DNA of 59,688 nucleotides from a virus (IMGVR_UViG_3300036399_001256:1-59688); one strand, 5' to 3'; numbered from the stretch's first letter, positions 9,187-18,446 are shown. Notes: generated from the letters alone by a model not told the origin. A program made the numbers and translations.

Positions 9187-9405
9187 TTACTCGGCGTGCG
9201 CGAATTGCTGGCCCGCACGTTCAAGCCGCTTTCCGAGGATTTGGACGTATTCGCTCATCACCCGTTGCTGGGAGTAGAGCAGGTCCTTGTCTTCGCGTGG
9301 CAGCTTCGGGAATGCCGGATCGGCCATGAACGTATTGAGTTTGTTCAGGCGTCCAGCGGTTTCTTGCGTCTCAGTGAGGAGACGGGCTCTTTGTTCTTCG
9401 TTCAT
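9187..9405 (-). CDS. crAss001_48-like small phage protein
   Basis: R+..E..E...RL.KL..F.....F..L...+..LL..Q...M..Y..IL..R pattern. Confidence 0.7.
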   Translation of the reverse strand: MNEEQRARLLTETQETAGRLNKLNTFMADPAFPKLPREDKDLLYSQQRVMSEYVQILGKRLERAGQQFAHAE

Positions 9406-9436
9406 ATTTCGTTGGTGTTTCCGGCATCAACCCCCA

Positions 9437-9526
9437 GCCGAACAAGGCGTGGGTGGTCAACCGCCGGGAAAGTTTTATTTGGAATCGGGGTCTTGGGGCG
9501 GCGGTGCCACCACTTTGACGTTGTGT
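9437..9526 (+). other. attC-like site E
   Basis: GCCGAAC-AAGGC-GTG[G]GTGG[T]C[A]ACCGCCG ... CGGCGGTGCCACCAC-TTTGAC-GTTGTGT. Confidence 0.85.
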
Positions 9527-9840
9527 GGAATTGGAGGAATCGGCATCCACCCTTTGAGATCGCGGTTGTCTTCCGTCTCGAACTCCCACCAGCAATCGTG
9601 GACTTCCGTGCTGGTCACGGTTTCCGCACTCGCGTTGTAAGTGGCAACTGCCCAGGTGCAGCTCATCCGCGACCATGCAGCAGGGACTAGCCACGGCCAT
9701 CCGAAGTCGGCGAGGATCATTGTGCCGTCGTGCGGAGCTGTCTCCGCGTCCAACAAAGACACACAACAAGGCGGCGCAGATCGACCCCCACTAGCTTTCT
9801 TGTTTGCGGGACGTTTTGGCTTCGATGGTGTTTTTTTCAT
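9475..9840 (-). CDS. DUF551-like cassette protein
   Basis: ETAPHDGTMIL..GWMPIPP pattern; starts in attC F and stops in attC E. Confidence 0.65.
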   Translation of the reverse strand: MKKTPSKPKRPANKKASGGRSAPPCCVSLLDAETAPHDGTMILADFGWPWLVPAAWSRMSCTWAVATYNASAETVTSTEVHDCWWEFETEDNRDLKGWMPIPPIPHNVKVVAPPPQDPDSK

Positions 9841-9896
9841 ATGCGGAGATTTAGGGCTTTGGGGCCGTTGGGGTCGTCTGGCCTTGGACGTTCTCC
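9761..9896 (+). other. attC-like site F
   Basis: ACACAAC-AAGGC-GGC[G]CAGA[T]CGACCCC ... GGGGTCGTCTGGCC-TTGGAC-GTTCTCC. Confidence 0.8.
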
Positions 9897-10252
9897 GAAA
9901 GAAATGCGCGGGCGGTGTCGCCCATGAATTTCCAATCCTCGTAGGTGTCGCAGCCGTCGATGTATCGTTCTTCGATGACCATCAGCACAGCAATGGCCGC
10001 ATCCCGTTCGCGCTCCATCTTTTTCGAGTGGTCAGACATTGCGTAAGCGTATGCCGAGATCGGGACCCGTGAATCATGCATGCCGTCTGGTGTGCGTGAT
10101 ACAGCGTCCCACGCTTCGTTGCTCTCCGGCGTCGAAGACGAAGAACAAGCCGCCGCATCCGATGGGAATAAGCTTTCCAGTTGCTTGCCGCAATAGTGGC
10201 AGGCCGTTTCGGACGATTTGAACGTCACTTTGCAGGTAGGGCATGTTTTCAT
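9851..10252 (-). CDS. Hypothetical cassette protein with N-terminal Zn ribbon
   Basis: CPTC..CHYCG encoded within the loop of attC G; ends SENVQG.. inside attC F. Confidence 0.7.
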   Translation of the reverse strand: MKTCPTCKVTFKSSETACHYCGKQLESLFPSDAAACSSSSTPESNEAWDAVSRTPDGMHDSRVPISAYAYAMSDHSKKMERERDAAIAVLMVIEERYIDGCDTYEDWKFMGDTARAFLSENVQGQTTPTAPKP

Positions 10253-10295
10253 TTAGTTTTTCATTGGCTCCCACGGGAGCGTTTAGACGTTATGG
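10140..10295 (+). other. attC-like site G (imperfect stem, long loop)
   Basis: GAAGAAC-AAGCC-GCCGCATCCG[A]TGGGA ... TCCCACGGGAGCGT-TTAGAC-GTTATGG. Confidence 0.65.
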
Positions 10296-11093
10296 GGATG
10301 ACTCAATCCAATAACCTTTGTCGTATTTCCAGAGCGTGAAGCACGCCATGAACGCGGCGAGCGCCTGCTCGTAATTGTCCCAAATCTTCGGCTGGATCGG
10401 TCCCGGCGCGTCGCTTGGGATGAGTAGAGAAACCAGCAGGGGCCGTTCCTCTTCCGGCTCGGTGATGCACTCGGCGTAGGCGGCGAGCTGCATCGCCCAT
10501 TCCAGATAGAACACGCCATTGCGCTTCCCTTTCAGTCGTTGGGACTTCGCATCGACGATTGCCCGCCGTGCTCGTCCTTCGTGGTTGATCATGGCGTAGA
10601 TGTCGAGCCTCCCAGCGTATCCCTTACTGCTCACGCATGACTGTTCGGCGGAAATCACCTCGATCACGTTGTCCCGATACCACTGCTCGTATCCGGCGAC
10701 GTATTGCAGGATCTCGCTGGTGCCGGAGAACACCTTGTTGACGTTGTAGTGCTCGATCTGCTCATGCAGGAGCGTGCCCCACTCGGCGGCTTTGCGGGTC
10801 TCCTCCTCGGATGCTTCGGCGATGCGGGAGGCGAACATTTCGTCAGTCTCGCCACCCATGCGCTCCAGTTGGATAGCGGCCAAGATCGCCTTGTCGAGTT
10901 TCCACACGTCGAGCGCGGGCTTGGCCTTCATGCCAAGGATGTTCGTCACCGATGGCACCAGGTTCATTTTCTTAGCGTCGGTGACCGTGGTGGGTCGTGG
11001 GAGTCCCGTGGTTTTCCCCATGACGGTATGGCAGGGGTCGCCGTTGCGGTGATACCAATGAGAGTCACGCTCGCGTCGTTTGATGAGGGCCAT
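10290..11093 (-). CDS. PD-(D/E)XK exonuclease-like recombination nuclease
   Basis: PSVTNIL, GTLLHE, GYAGRLD, IVDAKS, QLAAY; start set at MALIKRR. Confidence 0.85.
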   Translation of the reverse strand: MALIKRRERDSHWYHRNGDPCHTVMGKTTGLPRPTTVTDAKKMNLVPSVTNILGMKAKPALDVWKLDKAILAAIQLERMGGETDEMFASRIAEASEEETRKAAEWGTLLHEQIEHYNVNKVFSGTSEILQYVAGYEQWYRDNVIEVISAEQSCVSSKGYAGRLDIYAMINHEGRARRAIVDAKSQRLKGKRNGVFYLEWAMQLAAYAECITEPEEERPLLVSLLIPSDAPGPIQPKIWDNYEQALAAFMACFTLWKYDKGYWIESSP

Positions 11094-11098
11094 GATCG

Positions 11099-11743
11099 TT
11101 AGAGGCTGGAGATGTGAAGGACGACGCAAGTAGCGAAGAGTTCTTTGCCATCAAGCATTTCAAATGTGGCGTGCGGGATGTCGCCCATGTCAAATTCGTG
11201 GCCGTTCTCACCGAATTTGGCGCGGATGGTTTTCGCGGCCTTGCGGCGCACGCCCCATGCAACGATGTCGTCGGCTTCGTCGCTGTCGCGGATTTCATCT
11301 ACGGATGGAAGGATGCCGTTGGCGTCGATGATGATTTCACCGTGTCCTGAGTCATCACGCCATGCACCGTAGAACTCGGTGAGGTCGTCGGATGCTCCGG
11401 CGATGATGAGGAATCCTTTCTCCTTGGCATCTGAGATGTGTCTTTCGATTTCGTCGTCGTATTCGATTCCGTCGAGTTCCTCCGCAAATTTCTTGCAGGC
11501 CATCAAATGATCGACGACGGGAAGCTCCTCCGCCTCGGCGACCCACTCACGCCCCAGAATGATGCCAGTTTCGAGCGGGACAAGATCCTCGGGGAATTTG
11601 TCGCCAAGGAAGGATTTCAAGATTTCCGGGTTGTCGGCCATGATGAGGACGTTGTTGCCGGAGTGGGAGATTGGGATGGAGCATCCGATGATTTGTTGTT
11701 GCATGGGGGTAATAGGTTGCGCCCAGAAAGCCCGCTGGCGCAC
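11099..11743 (-). CDS. Conserved hypothetical phage protein
   Basis: GASDDLTEFYGAW..DIPHATF motif; the true start may be downstream (for example 11641). Confidence 0.65.
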   Translation of the reverse strand: MRQRAFWAQPITPMQQQIIGCSIPISHSGNNVLIMADNPEILKSFLGDKFPEDLVPLETGIILGREWVAEAEELPVVDHLMACKKFAEELDGIEYDDEIERHISDAKEKGFLIIAGASDDLTEFYGAWRDDSGHGEIIIDANGILPSVDEIRDSDEADDIVAWGVRRKAAKTIRAKFGENGHEFDMGDIPHATFEMLDGKELFATCVVLHISSL

Positions 11744-11785
11744 GGGGCACCAGCAGGCGGGGCTGATTCGGGAGTTCCAATTGGA

Positions 11786-13063
11786 TCACTCGACGGGCTT
11801 CCCATCGACGAACGCGATGGAGCCATCCACGATATGCAATCCGACTTGGCCTGGTGCTTCTTGGAATTTCTCGATCCAAAGTTGATAGCCACGCTCGGCG
11901 GCGAGGTCCGACATGAGTTTGAGGTTCGCGGAGTTCATCAGCGCACCCTCGCGGATAAGGATGATCTTCAACTGTGGATTCTGGCTCATCGCCACCAGCG
12001 TCGAGATGCGGATTTGCTCGGCGGTGCTGAGTTGATCGAAGAGGACGCCCGACATGAGAACGCCGTCGTCGGTGAGTTCGAGTCCTGGGATTGGCAGGGA
12101 GCACGATTTCACCGCCTCGGCCTTGCGCTCGTCGATCTCCTGAATCCGGCGCGTGAGGGTGGCGTATTCAGTGCGGAGGTCGTCGGCTTTCTTTTCGGCG
12201 GCGATGTAGGCGACGCGCTCGCGCACCTTCCGGTTGTTCGCTTCGACGTTGTCGATGGCGTCATTCGCCGATTGGATGTCCTCGGCGGTGGGGAGAATGA
12301 TTTCCGCAAGAAACTCCTCGGCGTGCTTCTTCTCGGTTTCACGCTCGATCACCAATTCCTTGGCAGTGGCAAGCGCCGCCTCCAATCGCGCCACTTCCTG
12401 CAATGCGGATGCGTGGTTGGCGGTGGCCGTTTCAACGTGCAGTTTGCATTGGGAATACTTGCTGACAAGCCCCTCCATCTCCCTCAGTTTCGCGATCAAC
12501 TCCGTCGCCGACGTCTCCTCGGCCGGCGCGTCCTCGGCGGGCTTGGGAAGTTGGGTGAGGGCGGCGGCGGCTTCCTTCCCGGTGCGGCCGACGTTGGTGC
12601 GGTCGTCAAAGAACTTTTGGCGCTCGGCGTCGAGTTCGGCAAAGTCGAGTCCCGCCGCAGACTTCAACGCATCGACCTGTTGCTTGGGTTTGAGGCGGGT
12701 GAACTCCAGCGGATCGAAGGCGTAGTTTCCAAGCAGGCCGTTGAGAAACGTCTGGGCCTTGGGGACTTCCTTGCCGTCGGCGTCGAGCAGGGTGAGGTAG
12801 CTACCTTTCTTCGTGAGGCGGCGCTCCAGCGTGTATTCGACTTTCTCGCCGCCGATGGTGAGCCGCACGGATCCTGACTGGCGACCGTGGCGGATCGGAT
12901 CATCCATGCCGGTGTTCGTGAGGGCGAGGAGGATGGCATCCAGCACGGAGGATTTCCCTTGGGCGTTATCGCCGGTGAGGATGATGGGCTGGCCGGTGGC
13001 GGGATCGATTTCGATCGCTTCGATTCGCTTGAGGTCGGTGACCTTGAGTTCTAGGATTTGCAT
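11786..13063 (-). CDS. SMC/SbcC-like ABC ATPase with coiled coil
   Basis: GDNAQGKSSVLDAI Walker A, long coiled coil, LSTAEQ signature; start set at MQILELKV. Confidence 0.85.
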   Translation of the reverse strand: MQILELKVTDLKRIEAIEIDPATGQPIILTGDNAQGKSSVLDAILLALTNTGMDDPIRHGRQSGSVRLTIGGEKVEYTLERRLTKKGSYLTLLDADGKEVPKAQTFLNGLLGNYAFDPLEFTRLKPKQQVDALKSAAGLDFAELDAERQKFFDDRTNVGRTGKEAAAALTQLPKPAEDAPAEETSATELIAKLREMEGLVSKYSQCKLHVETATANHASALQEVARLEAALATAKELVIERETEKKHAEEFLAEIILPTAEDIQSANDAIDNVEANNRKVRERVAYIAAEKKADDLRTEYATLTRRIQEIDERKAEAVKSCSLPIPGLELTDDGVLMSGVLFDQLSTAEQIRISTLVAMSQNPQLKIILIREGALMNSANLKLMSDLAAERGYQLWIEKFQEAPGQVGLHIVDGSIAFVDGKPVE

Positions 13064-13150
13064 GACTGTGGTGGTATTGGTTGGTTGGAGAATTGCCAGG
13101 AGCGGCATGATTGCTGGCTGGGCGGTGCCGCTCCCGGTCGGGGACAAAAA

Positions 13151-13717
13151 TCAGATGAGGTTGTTTTTGATGAGATGTTGGTGAACGCGAGCGCAGGCGA
13201 GAACGTCGGCAAGCGCATCGTGCGCCCCGTCGAAGCCCTCTCCAAAAAAGTGCTCATGCGCTTCGATGAGCTTCGGCCATTTGTATTTGCCGTAGTTTCC
13301 GGGCAGTTTGCAGAGGTTGGTCGTCGCCTTCATCGTGCAATACCTTGGCATATCCATCAGGCGGTTGGGCTGGCCAAGGCGCTCGATTTCGTAGGCGATG
13401 AATTTGATGTCGAACTCATCGTTGTGGGCGACGGCCTGCTCCGAGATTTTGCAGAGATGCGAAAACATCAGCATGGCAACCTGGATGGGGATGCCGTGGG
13501 CCGTGGCTTTCTCGGTGGTGATTCCGTGAACGGCGGCAGCACCTTCGCCGACCTCCCATCCCTCCGGCTTGATGATGACGGAGAATCCGGCGATCTTCCC
13601 CGCTTCGTCGTCGATGACGGCGGCAGCGAGTTGGACGATGTGCGGACAGTCCGCGAGTGGCGTTCCTGCTTTCGCGGGAAACCCGGTGGTTTCGGTATCG
13701 TAGTAGAGGCGCTTCAT
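13151..13717 (-). CDS. DEDDh 3'-5' exonuclease (DnaQ-like)
   Basis: YDTETTG, AHNDEFD, AHDALADV. Confidence 0.92.
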   Translation of the reverse strand: MKRLYYDTETTGFPAKAGTPLADCPHIVQLAAAVIDDEAGKIAGFSVIIKPEGWEVGEGAAAVHGITTEKATAHGIPIQVAMLMFSHLCKISEQAVAHNDEFDIKFIAYEIERLGQPNRLMDMPRYCTMKATTNLCKLPGNYGKYKWPKLIEAHEHFFGEGFDGAHDALADVLACARVHQHLIKNNLI

Positions 13718-13815
13718 GGGCGTGGTTCGGACTTTTGTATGGGGTGCGGAGCGGTGTTTTCACCCGTCCCGGGGTGTGGTTCCCAACCCGCACCGCTCCG
13801 CGTTTTTGCTGGGAG

Positions 13816-14145
13816 TTACTTGAGGTGGCGACAGGTTTTCGGCATGGATGCACGGTGGCGCTTTTCCAGTTTGGCTTGGGCAGCACAAAGTTTCCACCGT
13901 TCGGAGTTGGAGATGCGCGGGAGTCGCTTTTTGCTCAGTTGCTTTTCGAGGCGTGGCTCGGTCCGTGTCCGTGGGATATTGATCTTGGGATCGGGTGAGC
14001 GAAACAGACCAAGAACAACAACCCGCTTGATGCCTTGGTTGTCGATCCAGTGAGGAATCGCAAATGCCATCCGTTGAGTAATCAGCATTTCACCGTAGCT
14101 GAATTTCGCGCCGTAGTTTTGATGAAGGGGCTTGAGGATTTTCAT
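13816..14145 (-). CDS. Hypothetical basic protein
   Basis: 109-aa ORF co-oriented with the operon. Confidence 0.5.
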   Translation of the reverse strand: MKILKPLHQNYGAKFSYGEMLITQRMAFAIPHWIDNQGIKRVVVLGLFRSPDPKINIPRTRTEPRLEKQLSKKRLPRISNSERWKLCAAQAKLEKRHRASMPKTCRHLK

Positions 14146-14157
14146 GATGGGCGCGAG

Positions 14158-14682
14158 TTAGAATGGAGGGATATCGTCATCATCATCAACGGCTGGAGCC
14201 GCAGATGGTGGCGGTGGAGCGGATCGCGCCGGGGGCGGCGATGCCGGAGCGGGGGCGGCACCTGTGCCTTTCTTGTAGATCCAGCGATCAACCTCGTTCC
14301 GCATGTAGTCTTTCCCCTGCACGGGTTTCTGAACGAGGGTGGCGCGGCCCTTGCGGTTGAGAAGCCACTTGATGAAGTTGATGTCGGTCCAGTCGATGCG
14401 TCGCCCAACGGGAAGCGCATCAGCGCCAACGCATTTGATATACTGGTCGATCTTCCACTTCATGTTTGCGGCGAAGACAATGTTCTCGTAAACCTGAGTC
14501 GTCGCCCCATCCGATTCCCGCGTGAATTCGAGTTTCAGCGGGATGTATGGATTCTTGCCAGGGTTGCGAACCACGGCGTTGATTTCGATGTGGGTGAATG
14601 GATATTCGCCCTTTTCGAAAACAACGAACTGGCGCTCGACGGGATCTTCGACGGTGTAATTGGTGAGGAGGTCTTCGGACAT
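14158..14682 (-). CDS. Single-stranded DNA-binding-like protein (DUF669-like)
   Basis: OB-like core, Pro/Ala linker, acidic tail DDDDDIPPF; start set at MSEDLL. Confidence 0.75.
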   Translation of the reverse strand: MSEDLLTNYTVEDPVERQFVVFEKGEYPFTHIEINAVVRNPGKNPYIPLKLEFTRESDGATTQVYENIVFAANMKWKIDQYIKCVGADALPVGRRIDWTDINFIKWLLNRKGRATLVQKPVQGKDYMRNEVDRWIYKKGTGAAPAPASPPPARSAPPPPSAAPAVDDDDDIPPF

Positions 14683-14686
14683 GGGA

Positions 14687-15502
14687 TTAGAATTTGAGGA
14701 TTTTGCCAGCGACGATGTCGCGGGGGGATTTTTCGATGGAGCCGATGTAAACCGGCACGTTTTCAAGATTCGCTTCGAGGGCGGTGATGAGGTTGTCGAA
14801 CGCCTTGTCTTCGACTTTCTCGGAGTGGAGGATCTTCGTCTCGAACGTGAGACGCCCATCGTTGATCCGATAGCGAAGCAGCACCGTGAGTTCAAACGTG
14901 GTTTGATCTTCCGATCCTCGGAACACCGGGATGTGGATGACGAGTTGGGATGGCACTTTCGTTTCACCGCCCGCACCAGCCTTCGCTTCGGTGGTTTCTT
15001 CCCATGCAATCTGCCGGTCGCCGTTGGCGAGGCTTTGCACCGATTTGAACACCGTGTTGCGCTTGCCTTGGAGGCTGGTTGCGATGGTGAGAACGTCCGC
15101 AGCGGCTGGCGACTTGATGTTTTCCAGATGCTCCTCGATGAACTCAATAAATGAGGTTTGAGAGAGGGGTTTCTGGTCGATGCCCATCCAGTCGCGCCAT
15201 TCCCTCGTGTGGCGGAGTTGATAGGTGGCGGAGTGGTCGCCCCATTGAGCATCGAACGGATCAGCGGCGTGCCAGTTCATTACCGTTTGGATGCGGCGTT
15301 TATCGGGGTCGGCAAAAACCACCGCACTTTCGTTGTGCTGGTTCAAATAATCGGTTAGAGCACCGATGGTATCGAGTTTGAGCGTGGCGTATTTGCGCCC
15401 GGGCGAGTCGGCGTCAAAATCATCCGGGATCATGGAGTGACCCGATGGGATGACACACTTCTTGGTTGGTAGCCGCAGAGCGGCGAGGATTTCCGGAATC
15501 AT
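14687..15502 (-). CDS. DUF2303 (YfdQ-like) protein
   Basis: WGDHSATY..EW..W..LSQTSFIEFIEE..IPVF..LRYR pattern. Confidence 0.85.
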   Translation of the reverse strand: MIPEILAALRLPTKKCVIPSGHSMIPDDFDADSPGRKYATLKLDTIGALTDYLNQHNESAVVFADPDKRRIQTVMNWHAADPFDAQWGDHSATYQLRHTREWRDWMGIDQKPLSQTSFIEFIEEHLENIKSPAAADVLTIATSLQGKRNTVFKSVQSLANGDRQIAWEETTEAKAGAGGETKVPSQLVIHIPVFRGSEDQTTFELTVLLRYRINDGRLTFETKILHSEKVEDKAFDNLITALEANLENVPVYIGSIEKSPRDIVAGKILKF

Positions 15503-15532
15503 GGTATTGGTTGTGAGATTGGGGTTGGGAGA

Positions 15533-15898
15533 TTATTCGCCGACGGCGGGTTTGTTCACGGCCTTGGGCTCACCAAACGGGAGTTTCATTTGCCGGGGGT
15601 TGTCCTTCACCAGATGCCCGTCTTCGGTGACGAAGAACATATTGGGCGCGGTGTCGGGATAGAGCGGAGTCGTGGAGACTTTACCGGAAACCTCGACTTG
15701 GCCGGCGTCGCGGCCGCGGGGCTTCACTTCGATGGTGAGGGTGAGCTTCCCGGTTTTGCCGGTTTGCTCGACATCTTTGACGAGCCTGGTCATGGCTTCG
15801 CTCGCCTGATCGGCAAGGTCACCTTGTGAAATCGCGTTCAGGGCGTACGCGAACGCATTGGAGGGCATTTCTGCTTCTTTTTCTTCTTCGGCTAACAT
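15533..15898 (-). CDS. YfdP-like partner of DUF2303
   Basis: TGKTGKLTLTIEVKP..FF..DG.L..DNPRQMKL; adjacent to the DUF2303 gene. Confidence 0.75.
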   Translation of the reverse strand: MLAEEEKEAEMPSNAFAYALNAISQGDLADQASEAMTRLVKDVEQTGKTGKLTLTIEVKPRGRDAGQVEVSGKVSTTPLYPDTAPNMFFVTEDGHLVKDNPRQMKLPFGEPKAVNKPAVGE

Positions 15899-15901
15899 GG
15901 C

Positions 15902-16858
15902 TTATTCGGTTGGGGATTCGTCTGTGGGGGTGGCTTTGAAGGCGGCGATGGCTTCGAGGAAACCATCCTTGCGGGTGAGGATCTGCTTGCGCTTCGCGGC
16001 AAGCAGATCGCGGAGAGTTTGGCCAGGGCGGAGCCATTCGATGGAGACGAGGTAGTCGATGGCATCTTGTTGGATGTCGCCAAACAGCTTCTCAATTTCG
16101 TCCTCCGTGGGAGCGGCGACGGGATTGAACTTCGCGGCTTCGGCGGCGAACGCATCCCACGAAAGATCCATCTCGAAAGGCAGCGGGATTCGGCGCTTGG
16201 CGAGGAATGCAGGACGCTCTTCGGTGTAAAGGACGCGCACACCCTCACCGCGAGCCTTGGCTTTGCGGGCGTTTTTCTCTTTGAGGAGATCCACCTTGTA
16301 TCCGGCAAAGAACATATGATCGACAGCCTCATGAAAGAGCAGCGCCGCCTTATCATTCATCTTGAGCGAAAAGCGGTCGTATCGCTCGCCTTGGAAAATA
16401 TCATCCACGGTTTTCATTTGGGCGTGACCCAAACAGATGACGTTCATGGTCGAGCGCAGGCGCTTGAGGGTTGACCAGAATTCCACCCACTCCTCGCATG
16501 CGATGACATATCCCTTGCCGAAACCGCCGCCGACTTCCTCGATGGATTTGGCGTTGTTCTCTTTGCAGACGTGAGCCCAAACCAGCGGTTCAAGGCCGTT
16601 GATGGTGTCGATCACCAGTGATTTGAAGTCATGCTTCTCAAACATGAGTTCGTTGATGGCCTGCTTCACTTCGGCCCATGTTTTCGGGGTCGGGAAGCTG
16701 GCAACGTCGAGACTTCCAACGCCGTCGTCGGTGCCGAGGAAGATCGGATTTGGAGCGGCTGCACCGAACGTGGATTTACCAACACCACCGGGACCGTAGA
16801 GACCGAGAAAATGAGGGCGAAGCTGGGGACCTTTGTGGACTTTAGAGAGTAGTGACAT
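15902..16858 (-). CDS. Sak4-like AAA ATPase (AAA_24 recombinase)
   Basis: LYGPGGVGKST, LVIDT, GFGKGY, ICLGH. Confidence 0.85.
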   Translation of the reverse strand: MSLLSKVHKGPQLRPHFLGLYGPGGVGKSTFGAAAPNPIFLGTDDGVGSLDVASFPTPKTWAEVKQAINELMFEKHDFKSLVIDTINGLEPLVWAHVCKENNAKSIEEVGGGFGKGYVIACEEWVEFWSTLKRLRSTMNVICLGHAQMKTVDDIFQGERYDRFSLKMNDKAALLFHEAVDHMFFAGYKVDLLKEKNARKAKARGEGVRVLYTEERPAFLAKRRIPLPFEMDLSWDAFAAEAAKFNPVAAPTEDEIEKLFGDIQQDAIDYLVSIEWLRPGQTLRDLLAAKRKQILTRKDGFLEAIAAFKATPTDESPTE

Positions 16859-16859
16859 A

Positions 16860-17105
16860 TCAGTGGAATTCGTAGGTTTCTTCCTTCATCGCCAGCGTGC
16901 TCAGGCGTGCGGTTTCCTTGGCCGCATGGATCAGCAGGAGGATGAAGGTGATAAGGGAGACAACGCATCCACCGAGCGACAAGGTGTCTTGGTTCTTGAA
17001 TGCGGCGATGGAGAAGCCTCCGGCGGAGACTGCGAGGAAAAGCCAGATGAGGCTTTGCCAGAGTTTGGCGCGTGACTGCGCCCATAGGATTTCTGAACGT
17101 TTCAT
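16860..17105 (-). CDS. Small two-TM membrane protein
   Basis: Two hydrophobic segments. Confidence 0.6.
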   Translation of the reverse strand: MKRSEILWAQSRAKLWQSLIWLFLAVSAGGFSIAAFKNQDTLSLGGCVVSLITFILLLIHAAKETARLSTLAMKEETYEFH

Positions 17106-17112
17106 GATGTTG

Positions 17113-17436
17113 TTAGGATTTCTTCACCGCGCCTCTACGGGTCGATTTTAAAGACACAGCAAGGCATTGTTTTTCGCGGTCGCCACCCGCGCGCTTGAGG
17201 GCGATGAAGTCTTTCAGGTCGCTCAGCCGGTAGCGAATGACGGTCGGTGAGAACACGACCTTGGGAACACCGATGGAATCGAGCGTCTTGATGTTGCAGT
17301 CGATCAGTCCGGCGGCTTGCGATGGGCTGACCAATTCCAGATCATCGCCATACTCGGCGATAAGAGCACGGACAGCGTCGGCGCGGATCGAGTCGATGAG
17401 GGCTTGGCGCTCCTCGCTGGTCAGAATCAGGTCCAT
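17113..17436 (-). CDS. Excisionase-like winged HTH protein
   Basis: LVSPSQAAGLIDCNIKTL..IRYRLSDLKDFI pattern. Confidence 0.7.
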   Translation of the reverse strand: MDLILTSEERQALIDSIRADAVRALIAEYGDDLELVSPSQAAGLIDCNIKTLDSIGVPKVVFSPTVIRYRLSDLKDFIALKRAGGDREKQCLAVSLKSTRRGAVKKS

Positions 17437-17438
17437 GC

Positions 17439-17645
17439 TCAGTGTGCGGGCTCAAGTTTGGGGCCGGAGAATTTCGCTTCGCCGCTCTTGAGGCGCTCGA
17501 TGCCGTCGAGAAGGAGGACTCGGGCGAGGTTGGATTCAGTGGTTCCGTTGTCGCGGGCGAGCTTTCCGAGTTCGCTCTTGGCGGGTCCGATGGGGACATT
17601 TACGCGACCCTCGGCGTTTTTGGCTGGTCGTTTCGGCTTGGGCAT
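17439..17645 (-). CDS. Cro-position regulator (possible ribbon-helix-helix)
   Basis: RVNVPI strand followed by two helices; first gene of the lytic arm, divergent from the repressor. Confidence 0.6.
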   Translation of the reverse strand: MPKPKRPAKNAEGRVNVPIGPAKSELGKLARDNGTTESNLARVLLLDGIERLKSGEAKFSGPKLEPAH

Positions 17646-17656
17646 GGCGGGAAACT

Positions 17657-17726
17657 GTTTCCAAATTTGGAAACTGCCAAGGAAAAAGTTTCCAAAAATG
17701 GAAAATGAATGTTACCCATTGGAAAT
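17657..17726. promoter_or_regulatory. Immunity operators between the divergent regulators
   Basis: Perfect palindrome GTTTCCAAATTTGGAAAC (17657-17674), near copy TTTCCAAAAATGGAAA (17689-17704), degenerate third copy overlapping the repressor ATG. Confidence 0.8.
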
Positions 17727-18180
17727 GAATACCTACCCAGTCACGGAATCCATGCGCCAGATCACTTTGCAGGCGATGCGCCAACGGAAAATGAACAAGA
17801 CCGACCTCGCCACCGCCATTGAACTTGGCAAGGCATGGGTGACAAAGTTTTTGGATGGTTCGATGAAGACGATGAGGGAGCGAACGATGTTTGATTTGCA
17901 GGATCTACTAGGAATCCAGTATTTCACTATTGAAAAGGCAGTTGGCGACCGTTCGCCCCTTGCAAACAAGCTCGCAGCCGCGATTGACTCCGATCCTCAG
18001 TTCGCGAAACTCACCACCGCATTGCATGAGGTTCTGCTAGAAGCACGCGCTACTTACACCCCTCGTTTCGTGCCAACAAAGGAGATGTCGGCGCTGGGAA
18101 AAAAGATCATCGCCATCGCCTCAGAGAATCCAGAAAAACCCGGCAAGGTCGCCCGCCTGGTTCTTGAATTACTGGCATGA
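17725..18180 (+). CDS. CI-like HTH repressor without a peptidase domain
   Basis: MRQRKMNKTDLATAIELGKAWVTKFLDG HTH; start reassigned to 17725. Confidence 0.75.
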   Translation: MNTYPVTESMRQITLQAMRQRKMNKTDLATAIELGKAWVTKFLDGSMKTMRERTMFDLQDLLGIQYFTIEKAVGDRSPLANKLAAAIDSDPQFAKLTTALHEVLLEARATYTPRFVPTKEMSALGKKIIAIASENPEKPGKVARLVLELLA

Positions 18181-18254
18181 TCGCAGACTGATCACAACGG
18201 CAATGATCGCCACCACCACCAGATTTCACGCCACCCAATCCCCGCTGAATCGTC

Positions 18255-18446
18255 TCACTCGTAAACCCTTCCCCTGTTGTCGAATGAGTAGTCCCGATCA
18301 TCCTCCACCGGCTCAGTTTTCTCGATCACTTCCGGCGGGGCGTCCAGCCATGCCACCACCGCCGACACCAGCCCCCACACACCGACGATTCCAAGCGCGG
18401 CGAAAAACGCCGCGATGACCATCTGTCGCCGGAAACTGATCCCCAT
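18255..18446 (-). CDS. Small single-TM protein
   Basis: Hydrophobic stretch VIAAFFAALGIVGVWGLVSAVVAWL; start uncertain. Confidence 0.45.
   Translation of the reverse strand: MGISFRRQMVIAAFFAALGIVGVWGLVSAVVAWLDAPPEVIEKTEPVEDDRDYSFDNRGRVYE

Larger units (their letters stand above)
7963..10289 (+). mobile_element. attC cassette array 2 (five cassettes: 7963-8838, 8839-9146, 9147-9520, 9521-9890, 9891-10289)
   Basis: Five attC hairpins; each R'' is complementary to the preceding R' (GCCGAAC, GGGAGAAC, GCCGAAC, CACACAAC, and CGAAGAAC with one mismatch). Confidence 0.85.

Noticed and set aside
8750-10295. CRISPR array
   Set aside because: The repeats share structure rather than sequence, the intervals are 300-900 bp and coding, and no cas genes are present.
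11098-11104. GTTAGAG at a gene end as an R' box
   Set aside because: No complementary CTCTAAC and no hairpin upstream of the gene.
11438-14697. Long plus-strand ORFs (11438..12877, 13058..14053, 14035..14697) and similar antisense ORFs over the giant gene, terL and capsid
   Set aside because: Shadow ORFs opposite well-supported genes in GC-rich DNA, with no recognisable motifs.
17317-17724. N-terminal extensions of ORF-track calls (17317, 24243, 47184, 15252, 13147, 7596)
   Set aside because: They overlap other genes or operators; recognisable domains start at downstream ATGs.
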